Below, piece after piece: positions 63,827 to 64,000 of a stretch of DNA of 64,000 nucleotides (positions are counted from its first letter, which is position 1; every line of letters starts with the position of its first letter). A model generated the notes under the pieces. The model saw only the letters and a program-made list of their open reading frames with translations, was not told the origin of the DNA and made no database searches. Source of the DNA: Ranitomeya imitator (lineage: Eukaryota); NCBI RefSeq assembly GCF_032444005.1, contig NC_091289.1, positions 20,336,001-20,400,000 of the forward strand, given 5' to 3'. Both the position numbers and the translations under genes were made by a program.

Positions 63827-64000
63827 GTATCCTTTACAGTCTTCGGTATACTCTCGCCAGGCTCCGGCGCCCCCCAGTATACACTCGCCAGGCTCCGTCA
63901 CCCCCCAGTATACACTCGCCAGGCTCCCCCCCCCCCCCCCCCCCCACAGATTAGAGACCCTTTAACCACTTCCTGACGTGCAGGGTCTGAGAAGCGTTGA

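Overview
Vertebrate genomic DNA, most likely a frog: the gene set is vertebrate and the repeat families look anuran (inference). It holds a conserved three-gene block. LMOD3 (leiomodin-3, + strand, 3 coding exons, 616 aa predicted) lies tail-to-tail with ARL6IP5/PRAF3 (- strand, 3 exons, 191 aa). ARL6IP5 lies head-to-head with UBA3 (+ strand, exons 1-6 in the window) across a 773-bp CpG-rich interval between the two start codons. UBA3 intron 6 starts with a U12-type donor. The rest is repeat-rich: a decayed Tc1 with a tRNA-derived SINE inside it, a 5'-truncated L2 LINE interrupted by a Harbinger-type MITE, several hAT-, T2/Kolobok-, piggyBac- and Tc2-like non-autonomous elements, and at least seven tandem arrays. 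The best object is a structurally complete 5.3-kb DIRS1-type tyrosine-recombinase retrotransposon (30913-36214, - strand). Its ITRs are near-identical and its internal complementary region is exact, but gag and pol each carry one frameshift. Its gag appears to be split by an 88-nt spliceosomal intron, and its 5' leader has two hairpins with the same 7-nt loop. A 29-bp array of about 50 YY1-consensus sites lies in ARL6IP5 intron 1 next to the bidirectional promoter. No database search was run; family names come from motif recognition.
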